Of a stretch of DNA of 64,000 nt, positions 1 to 10,408 are shown in pieces; within the stretch, counting starts at the first letter, position 1; each line of letters begins with the position of its first letter. A program made the position numbers and the translations under genes. Source of the stretch: Alphaproteobacteria bacterium (lineage in GTDB: Bacteria; Pseudomonadota; Alphaproteobacteria; GM7ARS4; G965262615); assembly GCA_965262615.1 (NCBI GenBank), contig OZ253545.1, forward strand, positions 608,001-672,000, read 5' to 3'. The notes beneath the pieces were generated by a model. It was not told where the DNA came from and did not search any database. It saw nothing but the letters and a program-made list of their open reading frames with translations.

Positions 1-582
1 AACTCCTTTGGGGCGCGACGAGGCAATCATGAGGTGATGATGCGGGGCACTCTTGCCAACATTCGTTTGCGCAATCGGCTGGCGGATGGCAAGCAAGGGG
101 GGTGGACGCGTTATCCTCCCACAACCGACATTGTTTCTATGTATGAGGCGGCTCAGTGGTATCAAGAGCAGGAAATTCCTTTGGTGATTGTGGCGGGACA
201 TAACTACGGCAGTGGGTCGTCACGAGACTGGGCTGCCAAGGGGGTGCGTTTGTTGGGGGTGCGCGCCGTCATTGCGCGAAGCTTTGAGCGTATTCATCGG
301 TCTAATTTGATTGGCATGGGGGTGATGCCCCTCACACTGCCTGATGATGTCTCTGTGTCCGACTTGAATCTCACGGGAGATGAGACTTTTGATTGTGACA
401 TCCCCACCGTTTATCAGCCACGCCTCACAACAGATTTGCGGATTACAACAAACGGTCACACACGCACCATCACGGTGGGTGTGCAATTGCACACACAGCA
501 AGAAATGGACACCTATCAAAGAGGCGGATTGCTTCCCATGATGCGTGAGAAGATTCTTGCAGACGCGCCATTTCAGCTGTAG
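1..582 (+). CDS. acnA: Aconitate hydratase A, C-terminal swivel domain (5' partial)
   Basis: Frame is open from base 1 (NSFGARRGNHEVMMRGT); YGSGSSRDWAAKG and SFERIHRSNLIGMG motifs. Confidence 0.96.
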   Translation, partial: NSFGARRGNHEVMMRGTLANIRLRNRLADGKQGGWTRYPPTTDIVSMYEAAQWYQEQEIPLVIVAGHNYGSGSSRDWAAKGVRLLGVRAVIARSFERIHRSNLIGMGVMPLTLPDDVSVSDLNLTGDETFDCDIPTVYQPRLTTDLRITTNGHTRTITVGVQLHTQQEMDTYQRGGLLPMMREKILADAPFQL

Positions 583-595
583 CATTGAGGGGGTG

Positions 596-1033
596 ATGTC
601 TAAATCCATTGAACAGTTGTGTTTGGAGAAGGGTCTGCGGATGACGGGGCAGAGGCGTTTGATTGTCTCCGTCTTGTCGGATCATTACGACCGAAGCGGC
701 TTGCATCCTGATGCCGATGAACTCTATGAACGAGTGATTCAAGTCAATCCGCGAGTGAGTCTTGCCACCATTTATCGCACCTTGCGTTTGTTGGAAGAGG
801 AGCACATTCTCTCCAGAATAGAATTTGGTGACGGCAGAACCCGTTACGAGAAAGCCAATCGCAAACACCATGACCACCTGATTGATGAGACCACGGGCGA
901 GGTGATTGAATTTCGCAACGAACAGATTGAATCACTGCAAAAGCAAATAGCCAAAGATTTGGGGTATCGTTTGTTGCATCATAAATTGCAATTGTTTTGC
1001 GAACCTCTGAAACGCAAGAATAGCAAGAAATAG
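596..1033 (+). CDS. fur: Fur-family transcriptional regulator (Fur/Mur type)
   Basis: GLRMTGQRR, HPDADELY, SLATIYRTL and HHDHLID motifs; ATG at 596 after a GAGGGG SD. Confidence 0.92.
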   Translation: MSKSIEQLCLEKGLRMTGQRRLIVSVLSDHYDRSGLHPDADELYERVIQVNPRVSLATIYRTLRLLEEEHILSRIEFGDGRTRYEKANRKHHDHLIDETTGEVIEFRNEQIESLQKQIAKDLGYRLLHHKLQLFCEPLKRKNSKK

Positions 1034-1048
1034 GTGACGGATTAGTTC

Positions 1049-1948
1049 ATGGCGGGCATTTTTTCAATCAATCCAATTGAGAGTGTGAAACGGCATTTGG
1101 GCTTATTGCCTGTGCAGTCGGTTGTTGATTATTCTTTTTTTGATGTGCGTCCTCCGAAGGGTGACATGGCATCTCGGTTGTGCTTTTCGGTGGTGACGGG
1201 GGACTCTTCGCCACTGGTGGATGAGGTGCAGGCGTTGCGCTATCGGGTGTTCTATGAAGAGATGCACGCCAAAGGCAAGCGAATCAATAGACGGTTGCGC
1301 CGTGATCGGGATCATCATGACGCTTACTGTGATCATCTGATTGCTCGCGATGAGGTCAATGGCTGCACTGTGGGGGCGATTCGGCTGCTGCGCCGTGAGG
1401 CGGCTCGGCGCGCAGGTGGATTTTTGACAGCAAAAGAATTCAACATCAAACGCCTGCTCAGTGTGGAGGGCGAGGTGTTGGAGGTGGGACGATTTCTTGT
1501 TCATCCTGCCTATCGCAAAAGCATTGCCATCATTTTACTGTGGCGGGCGTTGGTGGAGTATGTCTCGCACCACCACATTGAATTTTTGTTTGGGTGTGCC
1601 AGCTTTTCAGGAACTGACCCCAAGCAATGGTCTCACCAATTGACATGGCTCTGGAGGCATCGCATGGCGCCACGGGAGATTCGTCCGCGGGCGCGGCGGC
1701 GATTGCGTATTTCCATGAACAAACATAAAAAAATTATGAGCTCGCCTCATGACATGCCCCCATTGCCGCCATTGCTGAAGGCGTATATGCACGCCGGCGC
1801 GTTTGTGGGGGATGGCGCAGTGGTGGATAAAAAATTCAACACCACGGATGTCTGTGTCTTGGTTAAATCGGGCATTGCGGTGGAACGGTATTTGTCTTCG
1901 GGCAGAACTTTGCTTGATTTTGAGCGCAAAGAGTCGGGGGCGGCATGA
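1049..1948 (+). CDS. olsB: GNAT N-acyltransferase, ornithine-lipid OlsB-like
   Basis: LRYRVFYEE, DxxDAYCDHL, LFGCASF, LPPLLKAY and DKKFNTTD motifs; directly upstream of an acyltransferase. Confidence 0.8.
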   Translation: MAGIFSINPIESVKRHLGLLPVQSVVDYSFFDVRPPKGDMASRLCFSVVTGDSSPLVDEVQALRYRVFYEEMHAKGKRINRRLRRDRDHHDAYCDHLIARDEVNGCTVGAIRLLRREAARRAGGFLTAKEFNIKRLLSVEGEVLEVGRFLVHPAYRKSIAIILLWRALVEYVSHHHIEFLFGCASFSGTDPKQWSHQLTWLWRHRMAPREIRPRARRRLRISMNKHKKIMSSPHDMPPLPPLLKAYMHAGAFVGDGAVVDKKFNTTDVCVLVKSGIAVERYLSSGRTLLDFERKESGAA

Positions 1949-2745
1949 TGGTTGTTATGCGTGTGGCGGTGCGGAGCGTTTTGGCGTTCGTGTGGATTGT
2001 GATGGGATGGCTGACTATCTTGGTGCTTAAATTGGTCACAGGATGGCGGACGGTGCGTCATGTGTTGCCATTTTATAATAGGGGGATTTTGTTTTTGATG
2101 GGGGTGCGTTTGCGGGTGCATGGTGACATCTGTCGGCGTGGGGTTGTCTATTGTTGTAATCACTTGTCGTGGTTGGATATTTTGGTTGTCTCCAGTTTGG
2201 TGAAGGCAGCTTTTGTGGCAAAACAGGAATTGACGGCATGGCCCTTGTTGGGCTTGATTTTTCGTATTCAAAATACGATTTTTATCAATCGTCAAAGTAA
2301 AAAGAGTTTGTGGGAAGTTCAAAAGCGCATGCAAAAGGTGTTAGAAGGAGATTATTGTGTTGTTCTTTTTGGTGAGGGCACGACGGGGGATGGTCATCGG
2401 GTGATGCCGATTTTCAGTCCATTGCTCAGGGTCTTGGAAACCGATGACGCACGGCGACACACATGGAGGGTGCAGCCGTTGAGTCTTGCCTACACACGCA
2501 TCAATGATGCGGCAACGGGACGATTGATGCGTCCTCATTTTTCGTGGATTGGCATTGAGGATTTGTTGGTGCATCTGAAACGCTTTTTAGCTCATGGACA
2601 CTCATTGGCGGAGGTGGTGTTTCATGAGCCTCTTGTGTTGCGTCAGGGTGAGGATCGCAAAAGGCTTGCCAAGCGAGTGCACAATCATATGGAACAAGGA
2701 TTGATTGATTTGCATTATCCCCGTTATAACGAGGCACGAGTATGA
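1945..2745 (+). CDS. Lysophospholipid/lyso-ornithine-lipid acyltransferase (PlsC/OlsA family)
   Basis: NHLSWLD, FVAK, FINR and FGEGTT acyltransferase blocks; ATGA overlap with the olsB-like gene. Confidence 0.85.
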   Translation: MMVVMRVAVRSVLAFVWIVMGWLTILVLKLVTGWRTVRHVLPFYNRGILFLMGVRLRVHGDICRRGVVYCCNHLSWLDILVVSSLVKAAFVAKQELTAWPLLGLIFRIQNTIFINRQSKKSLWEVQKRMQKVLEGDYCVVLFGEGTTGDGHRVMPIFSPLLRVLETDDARRHTWRVQPLSLAYTRINDAATGRLMRPHFSWIGIEDLLVHLKRFLAHGHSLAEVVFHEPLVLRQGEDRKRLAKRVHNHMEQGLIDLHYPRYNEARV

Positions 2746-4076
2746 CGGGGGACGCGATGAAGCTGCACATTAAAACTTATGGTTGTCAGATGAACAGCTA
2801 TGATTCTTCACGCATGGCGACATCGCTGATGGCGTTGGGCTATTGCTTGACGGATGCGCCGCACGATGCCGACATGGTGCTGATTAATTCGTGTCATATC
2901 AGGGAAAAAGCCGCCGAGAAGATTTATTCCGAAGTGGGACGGTTGCGTCATCATCGGCAGAGCAGTGGCAAGAAAATGATCATTGCCGTCGCAGGGTGCG
3001 TTGCCCAAGCGGAAGGCACTGAGATGATGCGGCGCGCCCCTGCCATTGATATCATTGTGGGGCCCCAGAGTTATCATCACCTGCCGCAGATGGTGATGCG
3101 CTTGTGGCGCAATCAGGCGAGACAGATGGATTTATCATTCCCTCAAGAGAGCAAGTTTGATGTGTTGCCTCAGCAAAATCATGATGGGGTGACGGCATTT
3201 GTCACCATTCAGGAGGGATGTGATAAATTTTGCACTTTTTGTGTGGTGCCCTATACGCGAGGAGCGGAGTATTCTCGTCCCGTTGTTGATATTGAAGCGG
3301 AAGTGAAGAATCTGGTTGCGCAAGGGGCGAAGGAAATCACTTTGTTGGGACAGAATGTCAATGCCTATCATGGCTGTGATGAGCGGGGTGACGAGATTGG
3401 GCTTGCCGTATTGATTGAACGATTGCACACTGTGGATGGTGTGCAGCGTATTCGCTACACCACATCCCATGCGCGCGACATGGATGAGGCTTTGATGGCG
3501 GCGCATCGGGATGTGTCGTCCTTGATGCCGTTTGTTCATGTGCCGTTGCAGTCGGGGTCGAATCGCGTGCTGGCGTTGATGAACCGCCAACACACCACTG
3601 ATGACTACAGACAGATGGTGAAACGGTTGCGGGCGCATCGTGCCGATGTGGCACTGTCATCGGATTTTATCTGTGCGTTTCCGGGTGAGCGAGAGGAGGA
3701 GCATCAGGAGACGCTGGCAATGATTGAGGAGATTGGCTTTGCTCATGGATACGGCTTTTGTTACTCGCCTCGCCCGGGGACACCCGCCGCCACCCGAGAG
3801 TCAGACATGATAGGGCGGGATGTGGCGGACAGGCGTTTGCAGGAATTGCTGCGTGCTTTAGATCGCAGTCAGCGGCGGTTTAATGAGTCGTTTTGCGGAC
3901 GCACGGTGGAGGTTTTGTTTGAAAAACAAGGACGCCATGAGGGGCAAATCAATGGACGCACGCCGTGGATGCAGATGGTATCGTGTGAGGCATCCCACCA
4001 GCTGATTGGCTCGGTGCAGCGGGTGTGCATTGATGAGATTGCGTCTCATTCGTTGCGAGGACATATTGTGTCATGA
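2742..4076 (+). CDS. miaB: tRNA-i6A37 methylthiotransferase MiaB
   Basis: TYGCQMN, IQEGCDKFCTFCVVPYTRG radical-SAM motif, C-terminal TRAM domain. Confidence 0.96.
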   Translation: MTGDAMKLHIKTYGCQMNSYDSSRMATSLMALGYCLTDAPHDADMVLINSCHIREKAAEKIYSEVGRLRHHRQSSGKKMIIAVAGCVAQAEGTEMMRRAPAIDIIVGPQSYHHLPQMVMRLWRNQARQMDLSFPQESKFDVLPQQNHDGVTAFVTIQEGCDKFCTFCVVPYTRGAEYSRPVVDIEAEVKNLVAQGAKEITLLGQNVNAYHGCDERGDEIGLAVLIERLHTVDGVQRIRYTTSHARDMDEALMAAHRDVSSLMPFVHVPLQSGSNRVLALMNRQHTTDDYRQMVKRLRAHRADVALSSDFICAFPGEREEEHQETLAMIEEIGFAHGYGFCYSPRPGTPAATRESDMIGRDVADRRLQELLRALDRSQRRFNESFCGRTVEVLFEKQGRHEGQINGRTPWMQMVSCEASHQLIGSVQRVCIDEIASHSLRGHIVS

Positions 4077-5083
4077 GCAACCGACGGGCGATTCAAGCCA
4101 AAACATTGTTGGAGATTACTCATGAGGATGAGCGGGTTCATCTTCATTTTCATCATGAGTCGTTGTTTCATGTGTTGTGTGGGGTGCATGATGAGCATCT
4201 GGCGGCACTGGAGTATGTTTTTGGGGTGACCCTCATGACGCGCGGCAATCATTTGGTGGTGACGGGAGAGGAGCAAGCAAAGCGCGCGGCGGTGCATCAG
4301 ATTCACGCATGGTATGAGCAATTGCACGATGGGCGCATGAGGGATGCCTCGGCAATGGCGGCGGCGGTGGTGCAGCTCAAAGAGCAGCATCGACATGATG
4401 AGACATCGGCAGATTATGGCAAGCTGGAGAAGATTGGTTCAAAGGCGGTGGGGGCGCGTTCGAGCGGTCAGTCTGTGTATATGGATTTGATGAGAAAAAA
4501 GACGGTGGTGTTTGCCTGTGGTCCTGCGGGCAGTGGCAAGACCTATCTGGCGGTGGCGTATGGTGTTGGATGTCTGTTGCGCGGCGAAGTGGAGCGTCTG
4601 GTTTTGGCGCGCCCGGCGGTGGAGGCGGGCGAACGGCTTGGATTTTTGCCGGGGGATGTCAAAGACAAAATAGACCCTTATTTGCGTCCCCTGTATGATT
4701 GCTTGCGGGCGTTGCTCACCAAAGAGCAGTGGCAGCGTCTGACGGCGCAGGATGCCATTGAGGTTGCGCCTCTGGCTTTCATGCGAGGACGCACTCTGAA
4801 TCGCTCATTTGTTATTTTGGATGAAGCACAAAATGCCACATCGGCACAGCTGCGGATGTGTTTGACACGGCTGGGTGAGGACTCTCGCATGGTGGTGACG
4901 GCTGATCCCTCGCAGATTGATTTGCCACAGCCGCGCCATTCGGGCATCCATGGGGCAGAAGCGATTTTGCGGCATGTTCCTATGGTGGCGTTTGTTCATT
5001 TGACGGCGCGCGATGTGATGCGTCATCGTGTGGTGCGCGCCATTGTTGCCGCGTATCAAAAGGCGGACACCGAAGAATCATGA
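4073..5083 (+). CDS. phoH: PhoH-family ATPase
   Basis: GPAGSGKT, RPAVEAGERLGFLPG, FMRGRT and DEAQN motifs. Confidence 0.94.
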   Translation: MSNRRAIQAKTLLEITHEDERVHLHFHHESLFHVLCGVHDEHLAALEYVFGVTLMTRGNHLVVTGEEQAKRAAVHQIHAWYEQLHDGRMRDASAMAAAVVQLKEQHRHDETSADYGKLEKIGSKAVGARSSGQSVYMDLMRKKTVVFACGPAGSGKTYLAVAYGVGCLLRGEVERLVLARPAVEAGERLGFLPGDVKDKIDPYLRPLYDCLRALLTKEQWQRLTAQDAIEVAPLAFMRGRTLNRSFVILDEAQNATSAQLRMCLTRLGEDSRMVVTADPSQIDLPQPRHSGIHGAEAILRHVPMVAFVHLTARDVMRHRVVRAIVAAYQKADTEES

Positions 5084-5496
5084 TTGCCACCACCATTGTT
5101 TGTGATTATTTGCCATGGCAACGAGTCTTGCCACAGATGGATGTCATTTGTCATGAAGCCGCCACTGAGGTGCGCGCATTGGTGCACACCATGCCATCAC
5201 AGATTGTGATTGCCCTGCTCAGTGACCAGCAGATGCGCGCGCTGAATTTGCGTCATCGCCAGCGCGCCTATGCCGCCGATGTGTTGAGCTTTAGCTATGA
5301 GGACATGGGAGAAATTGCACTCGGATTTGGACGCTTATGGCGAGACTCCAGAAAGGATCGCGTCATGTGCCAATCCTATGTGCGCTGGTTGGTGGTGCAT
5401 GGCATGCTGCATGTGTGTGGTTATGACCATGAGCATGCCGCTGAGGCGCGCCGTATGGCAACAATGGAAAAACGCATCTTGCGGCAATGGCGATGA
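5080..5496 (+). CDS. ybeY: rRNA maturation endoribonuclease YbeY
   Basis: DVLSF and HGMLHVCGYDH motifs; conserved phoH-ybeY-corC-lnt order. Confidence 0.9.
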   Translation: MIATTIVCDYLPWQRVLPQMDVICHEAATEVRALVHTMPSQIVIALLSDQQMRALNLRHRQRAYAADVLSFSYEDMGEIALGFGRLWRDSRKDRVMCQSYVRWLVVHGMLHVCGYDHEHAAEARRMATMEKRILRQWR

Positions 5497-5506
5497 AGGA
5501 AGTGTG

Positions 5507-6265
5507 ATGATTAAGAGACTGTTTCATAAAAAGACCAAAGCCAATGGGACAGATGAAGAGAGTAAACTCTTTGCGTCGCTGAGCAATTTTCACGATGAGG
5601 ACATTCGTTTTGTGATTGTTCCGCGCGCCGAGATGAAATCATTGGATATTGTCACATCAGTGGAGGAGGCAAGTGAGTTCATGGCATCTCATCGTTTGAG
5701 TTCGGTGGTTGTGTATCGGGATCGTCTGGACACGGTGGCGGGCGTTTTGACGGCGAAATCGTTGTTGCGGGCACTCAACAACGGGCGCGGCAACACCATT
5801 GCCCCTTATTTGGATTCGTTCATTCCGGTGCCATCCTCCATGAAGCGGGTGGATGCCTTTTACACGATGCTCAATCATCGGGCATCATTGGCGGTGGTTT
5901 TTGATGAGCATGGCGGCGTGGATGGCTGCGTGACACTGCGGGGTCTCATTGATTCGTTGACTCAATCACTGACATTGAATCCCGATGCCGATGTCATCGG
6001 TCGCATTGAGGAACAAGAGGACGGCACATTTGTTGTGGATGGACGGCTGCCACTGGCGGTGGCGGTTGGTCGTTGTGGCTTGGCGGTGAAGGATCAAGAG
6101 CGTGAGGATGTGGATAGTGTGGGCGGACTGGCGGCGTTGATGGCGGGACGCATTCCTGCGCGCGGCGAGGTGATTGATTATAATGATGGCTGGCGTTTTG
6201 AGGTGACCAAAGCGGACAGACGGCGTGTGCATCAGCTGCGTCTTGTGCCACCACAAAAAGCTTGA
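5507..6265 (+). CDS. corC: CBS-pair plus CorC/HlyC domain protein
   Basis: VPRAEM, VFDEHGGVDG and DSVGGL...GRIP.RGE motifs; start set at ATG 5507 after an AAGGA SD. Confidence 0.85.
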   Translation: MIKRLFHKKTKANGTDEESKLFASLSNFHDEDIRFVIVPRAEMKSLDIVTSVEEASEFMASHRLSSVVVYRDRLDTVAGVLTAKSLLRALNNGRGNTIAPYLDSFIPVPSSMKRVDAFYTMLNHRASLAVVFDEHGGVDGCVTLRGLIDSLTQSLTLNPDADVIGRIEEQEDGTFVVDGRLPLAVAVGRCGLAVKDQEREDVDSVGGLAALMAGRIPARGEVIDYNDGWRFEVTKADRRRVHQLRLVPPQKA

Positions 6266-7668
6266 GCATCATGAGGGGCGGGCTTGCCTTTGTGTTGGGC
6301 GGCATCTATAGCCTTGCCTTTGCGCCGTTTCATTGGCTGGCATGGGCGGTGGTGGCATGGGGCGGATTGTATCTGCTGGTGGCGGATGAGGTGTCATCAC
6401 GGGTGATTTTTGGGCGCGGGTGGCTCTTTGGCTTGGGGCATTTTAGCGGCGGACTGTATTGGATTTCACTGTCATTTTTTGTGGATTGGCAACGCACCGG
6501 CTGGCTCGGCGTGCCAGGGGTGGTGGGACTTGCGGCATATTTGGCTCTCTACATGGGCGCGGCGGCATGGTGCTGGCATCGCATCACCAAGGGAGTGATG
6601 GGGCTTGGGTCATTGTTTCTGTGGGCGGGGCTGGTGATTGTCTTTGAGTATGGACGAGGCGTTGTGTTCACGGGCTTTCCATGGAACACAACGGCGGCGG
6701 TCTGGGGCGACTCTTTGGAGATTTTACAATGGCTTGCACACAGTGGCACGGCGGGATTGGGTGTGATGTCATTGGTCGCGTGGATGCCGGTGGCGTTGTT
6801 TGCCCGCCATCCCCATGGAAAACACGCCACGCTCTATGCCGCCGTGCCGTTGGTGTTGCCCTTGATGTATGGATGGGCAGGGAATCATTATTTGAATTAT
6901 GACAAGCGCGCACATTCAATAGAAAGTGAGGCAATAGAAATTGATGCGCAGGTTTTGCTGGTGCAGCCTCACATTCGTCAGGAGGATAAGTGGCGGCGGG
7001 AGCTCGCAAGTGACCACATGGAACGGGTGCGCGCCATGGTGGCATCACAGGTCGGAGATTCTCCCGCTTGGGTTATTTTGCCCGAAGCCGCGTTGTCATA
7101 TGACCTTTATGACAGCCGCGAGGCGCGACGGTATCTCACATCAATGCTGCCAGAAAATTCCTACATGATTGTGGGCACACTGGCGGCACGAGAGAGGCAT
7201 AACATGTTGTTGGTGCTGGATGAGACCGGCGAGATTGTGGGGGCATATCGCAAGAATCACCTTGTTCCTTTTGGTGAGTATATGCCGTTGCAAGACCATC
7301 TGCCTTTTTTGCAACGATTATTGCCCACCATTGCCTCCACGCAAGCTGGGGAAGTCGGTATGACATTGCCTGCCAATACCCTGCCGCCGTTTCATCCGTT
7401 GATTTGTTATGAGGTGATTTTTCCTTTGTCTGATAACGAAAAGGCTCGTTGGATTATCAACATCACCAATGATGCATGGTTTGGCAACAGCACGGGACCG
7501 TGGCAACATGCGGTTCATGCTCGGATGCGCGCCATTGAGGCGAGTCTTCCGTTGGTGCGAGTTGCCAACACGGGTATTTCCTTTGTGAGCGATGGGTTTG
7601 GGCGCATATCCCATGCCATTCCTTTGGGCACGCGAGCGGCACGCACTGTTGCTGTGCCATTGTATTAA
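6262..7668 (+). CDS. lnt: Apolipoprotein N-acyltransferase
   Basis: TM-rich N-terminus; FTGFPW, KNHLVPFGEY, ICYE, NDAWFG and RVANTGIS motifs. Confidence 0.95.
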   Translation: MSIMRGGLAFVLGGIYSLAFAPFHWLAWAVVAWGGLYLLVADEVSSRVIFGRGWLFGLGHFSGGLYWISLSFFVDWQRTGWLGVPGVVGLAAYLALYMGAAAWCWHRITKGVMGLGSLFLWAGLVIVFEYGRGVVFTGFPWNTTAAVWGDSLEILQWLAHSGTAGLGVMSLVAWMPVALFARHPHGKHATLYAAVPLVLPLMYGWAGNHYLNYDKRAHSIESEAIEIDAQVLLVQPHIRQEDKWRRELASDHMERVRAMVASQVGDSPAWVILPEAALSYDLYDSREARRYLTSMLPENSYMIVGTLAARERHNMLLVLDETGEIVGAYRKNHLVPFGEYMPLQDHLPFLQRLLPTIASTQAGEVGMTLPANTLPPFHPLICYEVIFPLSDNEKARWIINITNDAWFGNSTGPWQHAVHARMRAIEASLPLVRVANTGISFVSDGFGRISHAIPLGTRAARTVAVPLY

Positions 7669-7689
7669 AAAACAATCAAAAGTTGTATA

Positions 7690-7705
7690 TGTGAGATAAT
7701 TCACA
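7690..7705. promoter_or_regulatory. Palindromic TGTGA-N6-TCACA site (CRP/FNR-family type)
   Basis: tgtga gataat tcaca, just upstream of the -35 element of the HTH gene. Confidence 0.45.
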
Positions 7706-7713
7706 CAGATTGA

Positions 7714-7742
7714 TTGACCTTTTGCCGCCATACCAACATAAT
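7714..7742 (+). promoter_or_regulatory. Sigma70-type promoter of the HTH gene
   Basis: TTGACC-N17-CATAAT in the AT-rich lnt/HTH intergenic region. Confidence 0.6.
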
Positions 7743-7797
7743 GGACGCTTCGTATGTGACATTTGATGCCTGATGTCACTCACAACAAGAAGGATTC

Positions 7798-8466
7798 GTG
7801 ATGGCTGGCAAAGCAAAAAGACCGACTGGCAAAAATTCTAAGACCATTAACGCCATCATTTGTGATGTGGAAAAAGGAAAAGTTTTGACAGAATTATTGG
7901 AACGCGTTTTTTCTCATAATGAAGAACTCACAAGGATGGATGTGTGTCATGTTGTGCGGGTGGGTGAAGAGCAAATTCGCAAGTATGAACGCGGCAAAGA
8001 CACCATTTCTCCAGAAAAAGCGATGCTCTTTCGCGTTTTTTTTAGTCGCCATGATCATGCCCCTTTGGCTGATGAGTTCATTCGCCGTCTGCGCGAGATT
8101 GAAGATGATTTGATGGCGATTTATACCAATGACAGTTCCATTTTGGTGTTCAAGGATAGTGAAGGGGGTGGCTCTCACATGGGATATTTTGTCCACAATC
8201 TACAGATGCATCTTGGCAGGGACAAGCCTCTGTCTTACGAAGAGTTCTCCGAGCATATTGATAAAAACAGAGCGCAAAAAGAGCAGAAAAACAGAAAGAG
8301 CAGTCAACAAGTCACGCCTGAGCAATTGCGCGCCCTTGCGGAATTTAAAAGCGACGATTCACCCACAAAAGACGAACGCGATACTCTTATAAAAATTATC
8401 AGATTCTCAGGTGTGCCGCTCAAAGAGTGGCGTTATGTTTTTGCGGGGGATGTGTTATCGGTCTGA
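7798..8466 (+). CDS. Divergent XRE-family helix-turn-helix protein
   Basis: QIRKYERG motif typical of the alphaproteobacterial XRE gene between lnt and metK; long unrecognised C-terminus. Confidence 0.6.
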   Translation: MMAGKAKRPTGKNSKTINAIICDVEKGKVLTELLERVFSHNEELTRMDVCHVVRVGEEQIRKYERGKDTISPEKAMLFRVFFSRHDHAPLADEFIRRLREIEDDLMAIYTNDSSILVFKDSEGGGSHMGYFVHNLQMHLGRDKPLSYEEFSEHIDKNRAQKEQKNRKSSQQVTPEQLRALAEFKSDDSPTKDERDTLIKIIRFSGVPLKEWRYVFAGDVLSV

Positions 8467-8510
8467 GTGACCCTTGACGACTCGCCTCATTGCTATACAA
8501 CGGGAGGAGG

Positions 8511-9677
8511 ATGAAAGAGGACTCCTATCTATTTACCAGCGAATCGGTATCAGAAGGTCACCCGGACAAGCTCTGCGATCGGGTGTCTGATGCCATTTTA
8601 GATTTGTATTTGCACCATGACCCTCATGCCCGTGTGGCGTGTGAGACTCTGGCGACCACCAATCGGCTGATTGTGGCGGGCGAGGTGCGCAGTGAGCATG
8701 GTGTCACACGGGCAGAGATTGAGGATGTGGCTCGCACGGCTGTCAAAAACATCGGCTATGAGCAAGAGGGATTTCACTGGCGCACGCTGGAATTTTCCAA
8801 TTATTTGCATGAACAATCGGCAGACATTGCGCGCGGGGTGGATCAAAAAGATGCCCCACAAGGAGCGGGCGACCAAGGCATGATGTTTGGCTATGCCTGT
8901 CGTGACCACAATGATGCCCTGATGCCGGCACCGCTTTATTATGCTCATCGCATTTTGCAATCGCTGGCTCGCGCTCGTCATGAAGGCACAGTGAGCTTGC
9001 TGGAGCCCGATGCCAAGAGTCAAGTGACTTTGCGTTACGAAAATGGCAAAGCCGTGGAGGCGACTTCGGTGGTGGTCTCCACGCAACACGCTGAGGCGGC
9101 ATCCCAGCGGGACATTCGGGCTCTGGTCAAAGACCATGTGGCGGCTGTTCTGCCCGCAGGATGGATGTGTGACGATGACCAATTGTATGTCAATCCCACA
9201 GGGCGTTTTGTGATTGGCGGTCCCAATGGTGATGCGGGGCTCACGGGACGCAAGATTGTGGTGGATACCTATGGCGGTGCTGCGCCTCATGGCGGGGGTG
9301 CGTTTTCGGGCAAAGATCCCAGCAAGGTGGATCGCTCCGCCGCCTACATGGCGCGCTATTTGGCAAAAAATGTGGTCGCCGCCCAACTGGCGACCCGTTG
9401 CACCATTCAGCTGGCCTATGCCATCGGTGTCGCGCAACCTCTGGCGGTGTATGTGAACAGTCACGGCACGGCGCGCGTGTCTGATGGTTCTATTGCCCGA
9501 GCCTTGCAAGAGACGATGGATCTCTCGCCCCATGGTATTCAAACGCATTTGCAGCTGGCGCGTCCCATCTATGAGCGCACCGCCAGCTACGGACATTTCG
9601 GCAGAACGCCTGATGCCGATGGAGGATTCTCATGGGAACAGGTGAATCTCGCCCCCTCATTGGCAGAGCTCCTCTAA
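8511..9677 (+). CDS. metK: S-adenosylmethionine synthetase
   Basis: [19 protein letters not shown] and GGGAFSGKD motifs; GGAGGAGG SD before ATG 8511. Confidence 0.98.
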   Translation: MKEDSYLFTSESVSEGHPDKLCDRVSDAILDLYLHHDPHARVACETLATTNRLIVAGEVRSEHGVTRAEIEDVARTAVKNIGYEQEGFHWRTLEFSNYLHEQSADIARGVDQKDAPQGAGDQGMMFGYACRDHNDALMPAPLYYAHRILQSLARARHEGTVSLLEPDAKSQVTLRYENGKAVEATSVVVSTQHAEAASQRDIRALVKDHVAAVLPAGWMCDDDQLYVNPTGRFVIGGPNGDAGLTGRKIVVDTYGGAAPHGGGAFSGKDPSKVDRSAAYMARYLAKNVVAAQLATRCTIQLAYAIGVAQPLAVYVNSHGTARVSDGSIARALQETMDLSPHGIQTHLQLARPIYERTASYGHFGRTPDADGGFSWEQVNLAPSLAELL

Positions 9678-10408
9678 TCAAAAGTTATGAATGTCGGCGC
9701 GGGCGCAGCTTGAGCACGCGCGCGCTGTGGCGATGGCACAATCTGCTGCCGCGATACGCCTTGCCCTTTGACCCCGCCACCGCATCGGTTGCCACATGGC
9801 GACAATGGGGGGCATGCCGAAAAAAAATTGCACTGGAAATCGGCTTTGGCAGTGGTGACAGCTTTGTGCGTCTGACACAGCATCACCCCGACACCAGTTT
9901 CATCGGCGCAGAACCATTCAGACAAGGCGTATCGCGTCTGCTGCGGTTGTTGGAGGAAAGTGACGCGTCTCGTCAGCGCGTCACCATTTATCCCCATGAC
10001 GGGCGACAATTGCTCTACACCATGCCCGATGATTTTCTAAGCGCGCTGTTTGTTTTTTTCCCCGACCCGTGGCGCAAAAAACGCCATCACAAAAGGCGAC
10101 TCATCAATGCCACTTTTATGCACCACGCTCATCGTGTGCTCGCTGCTGGCGGTCGTTTTCATGTGGCATCGGATCATGCCTCGTATCTTTTGCAGATTGG
10201 ACGCTTGTGCCATCGTCATGGCGGATTTGAACGCCTGCCGCCTCGTGGGCGCGCCGCAAGGGAATGTCCGTCTTTTTTGCAAGAATCTCGCTATTGGCAA
10301 AAGGCATGTGCCGTGGGGCGCACAAGTCTTTTTTTCTCTTTTGCCGCCGTCAAGACACAATCGTGCGCCGATACAGCACACCGATGGCATCAGCTCGTTC
10401 ATTCATGA
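9632..10408 (+). CDS. trmB: tRNA (guanine-N7)-methyltransferase (start uncertain)
   Basis: LEIGFGSG and [14 protein letters not shown] motifs; follows metK. Confidence 0.9.
   Translation: MGTGESRPLIGRAPLIKSYECRRGRSLSTRALWRWHNLLPRYALPFDPATASVATWRQWGACRKKIALEIGFGSGDSFVRLTQHHPDTSFIGAEPFRQGVSRLLRLLEESDASRQRVTIYPHDGRQLLYTMPDDFLSALFVFFPDPWRKKRHHKRRLINATFMHHAHRVLAAGGRFHVASDHASYLLQIGRLCHRHGGFERLPPRGRAARECPSFLQESRYWQKACAVGRTSLFFSFAAVKTQSCADTAHRWHQLVHS

Noticed and set aside
8598-9596. 332-aa antisense ORF opposite metK (likewise 17875-18771 opposite fhs and 62958-63869 opposite accC)
   Set aside because: Shadow frames of conserved genes with biased codon usage; no recognisable motifs.
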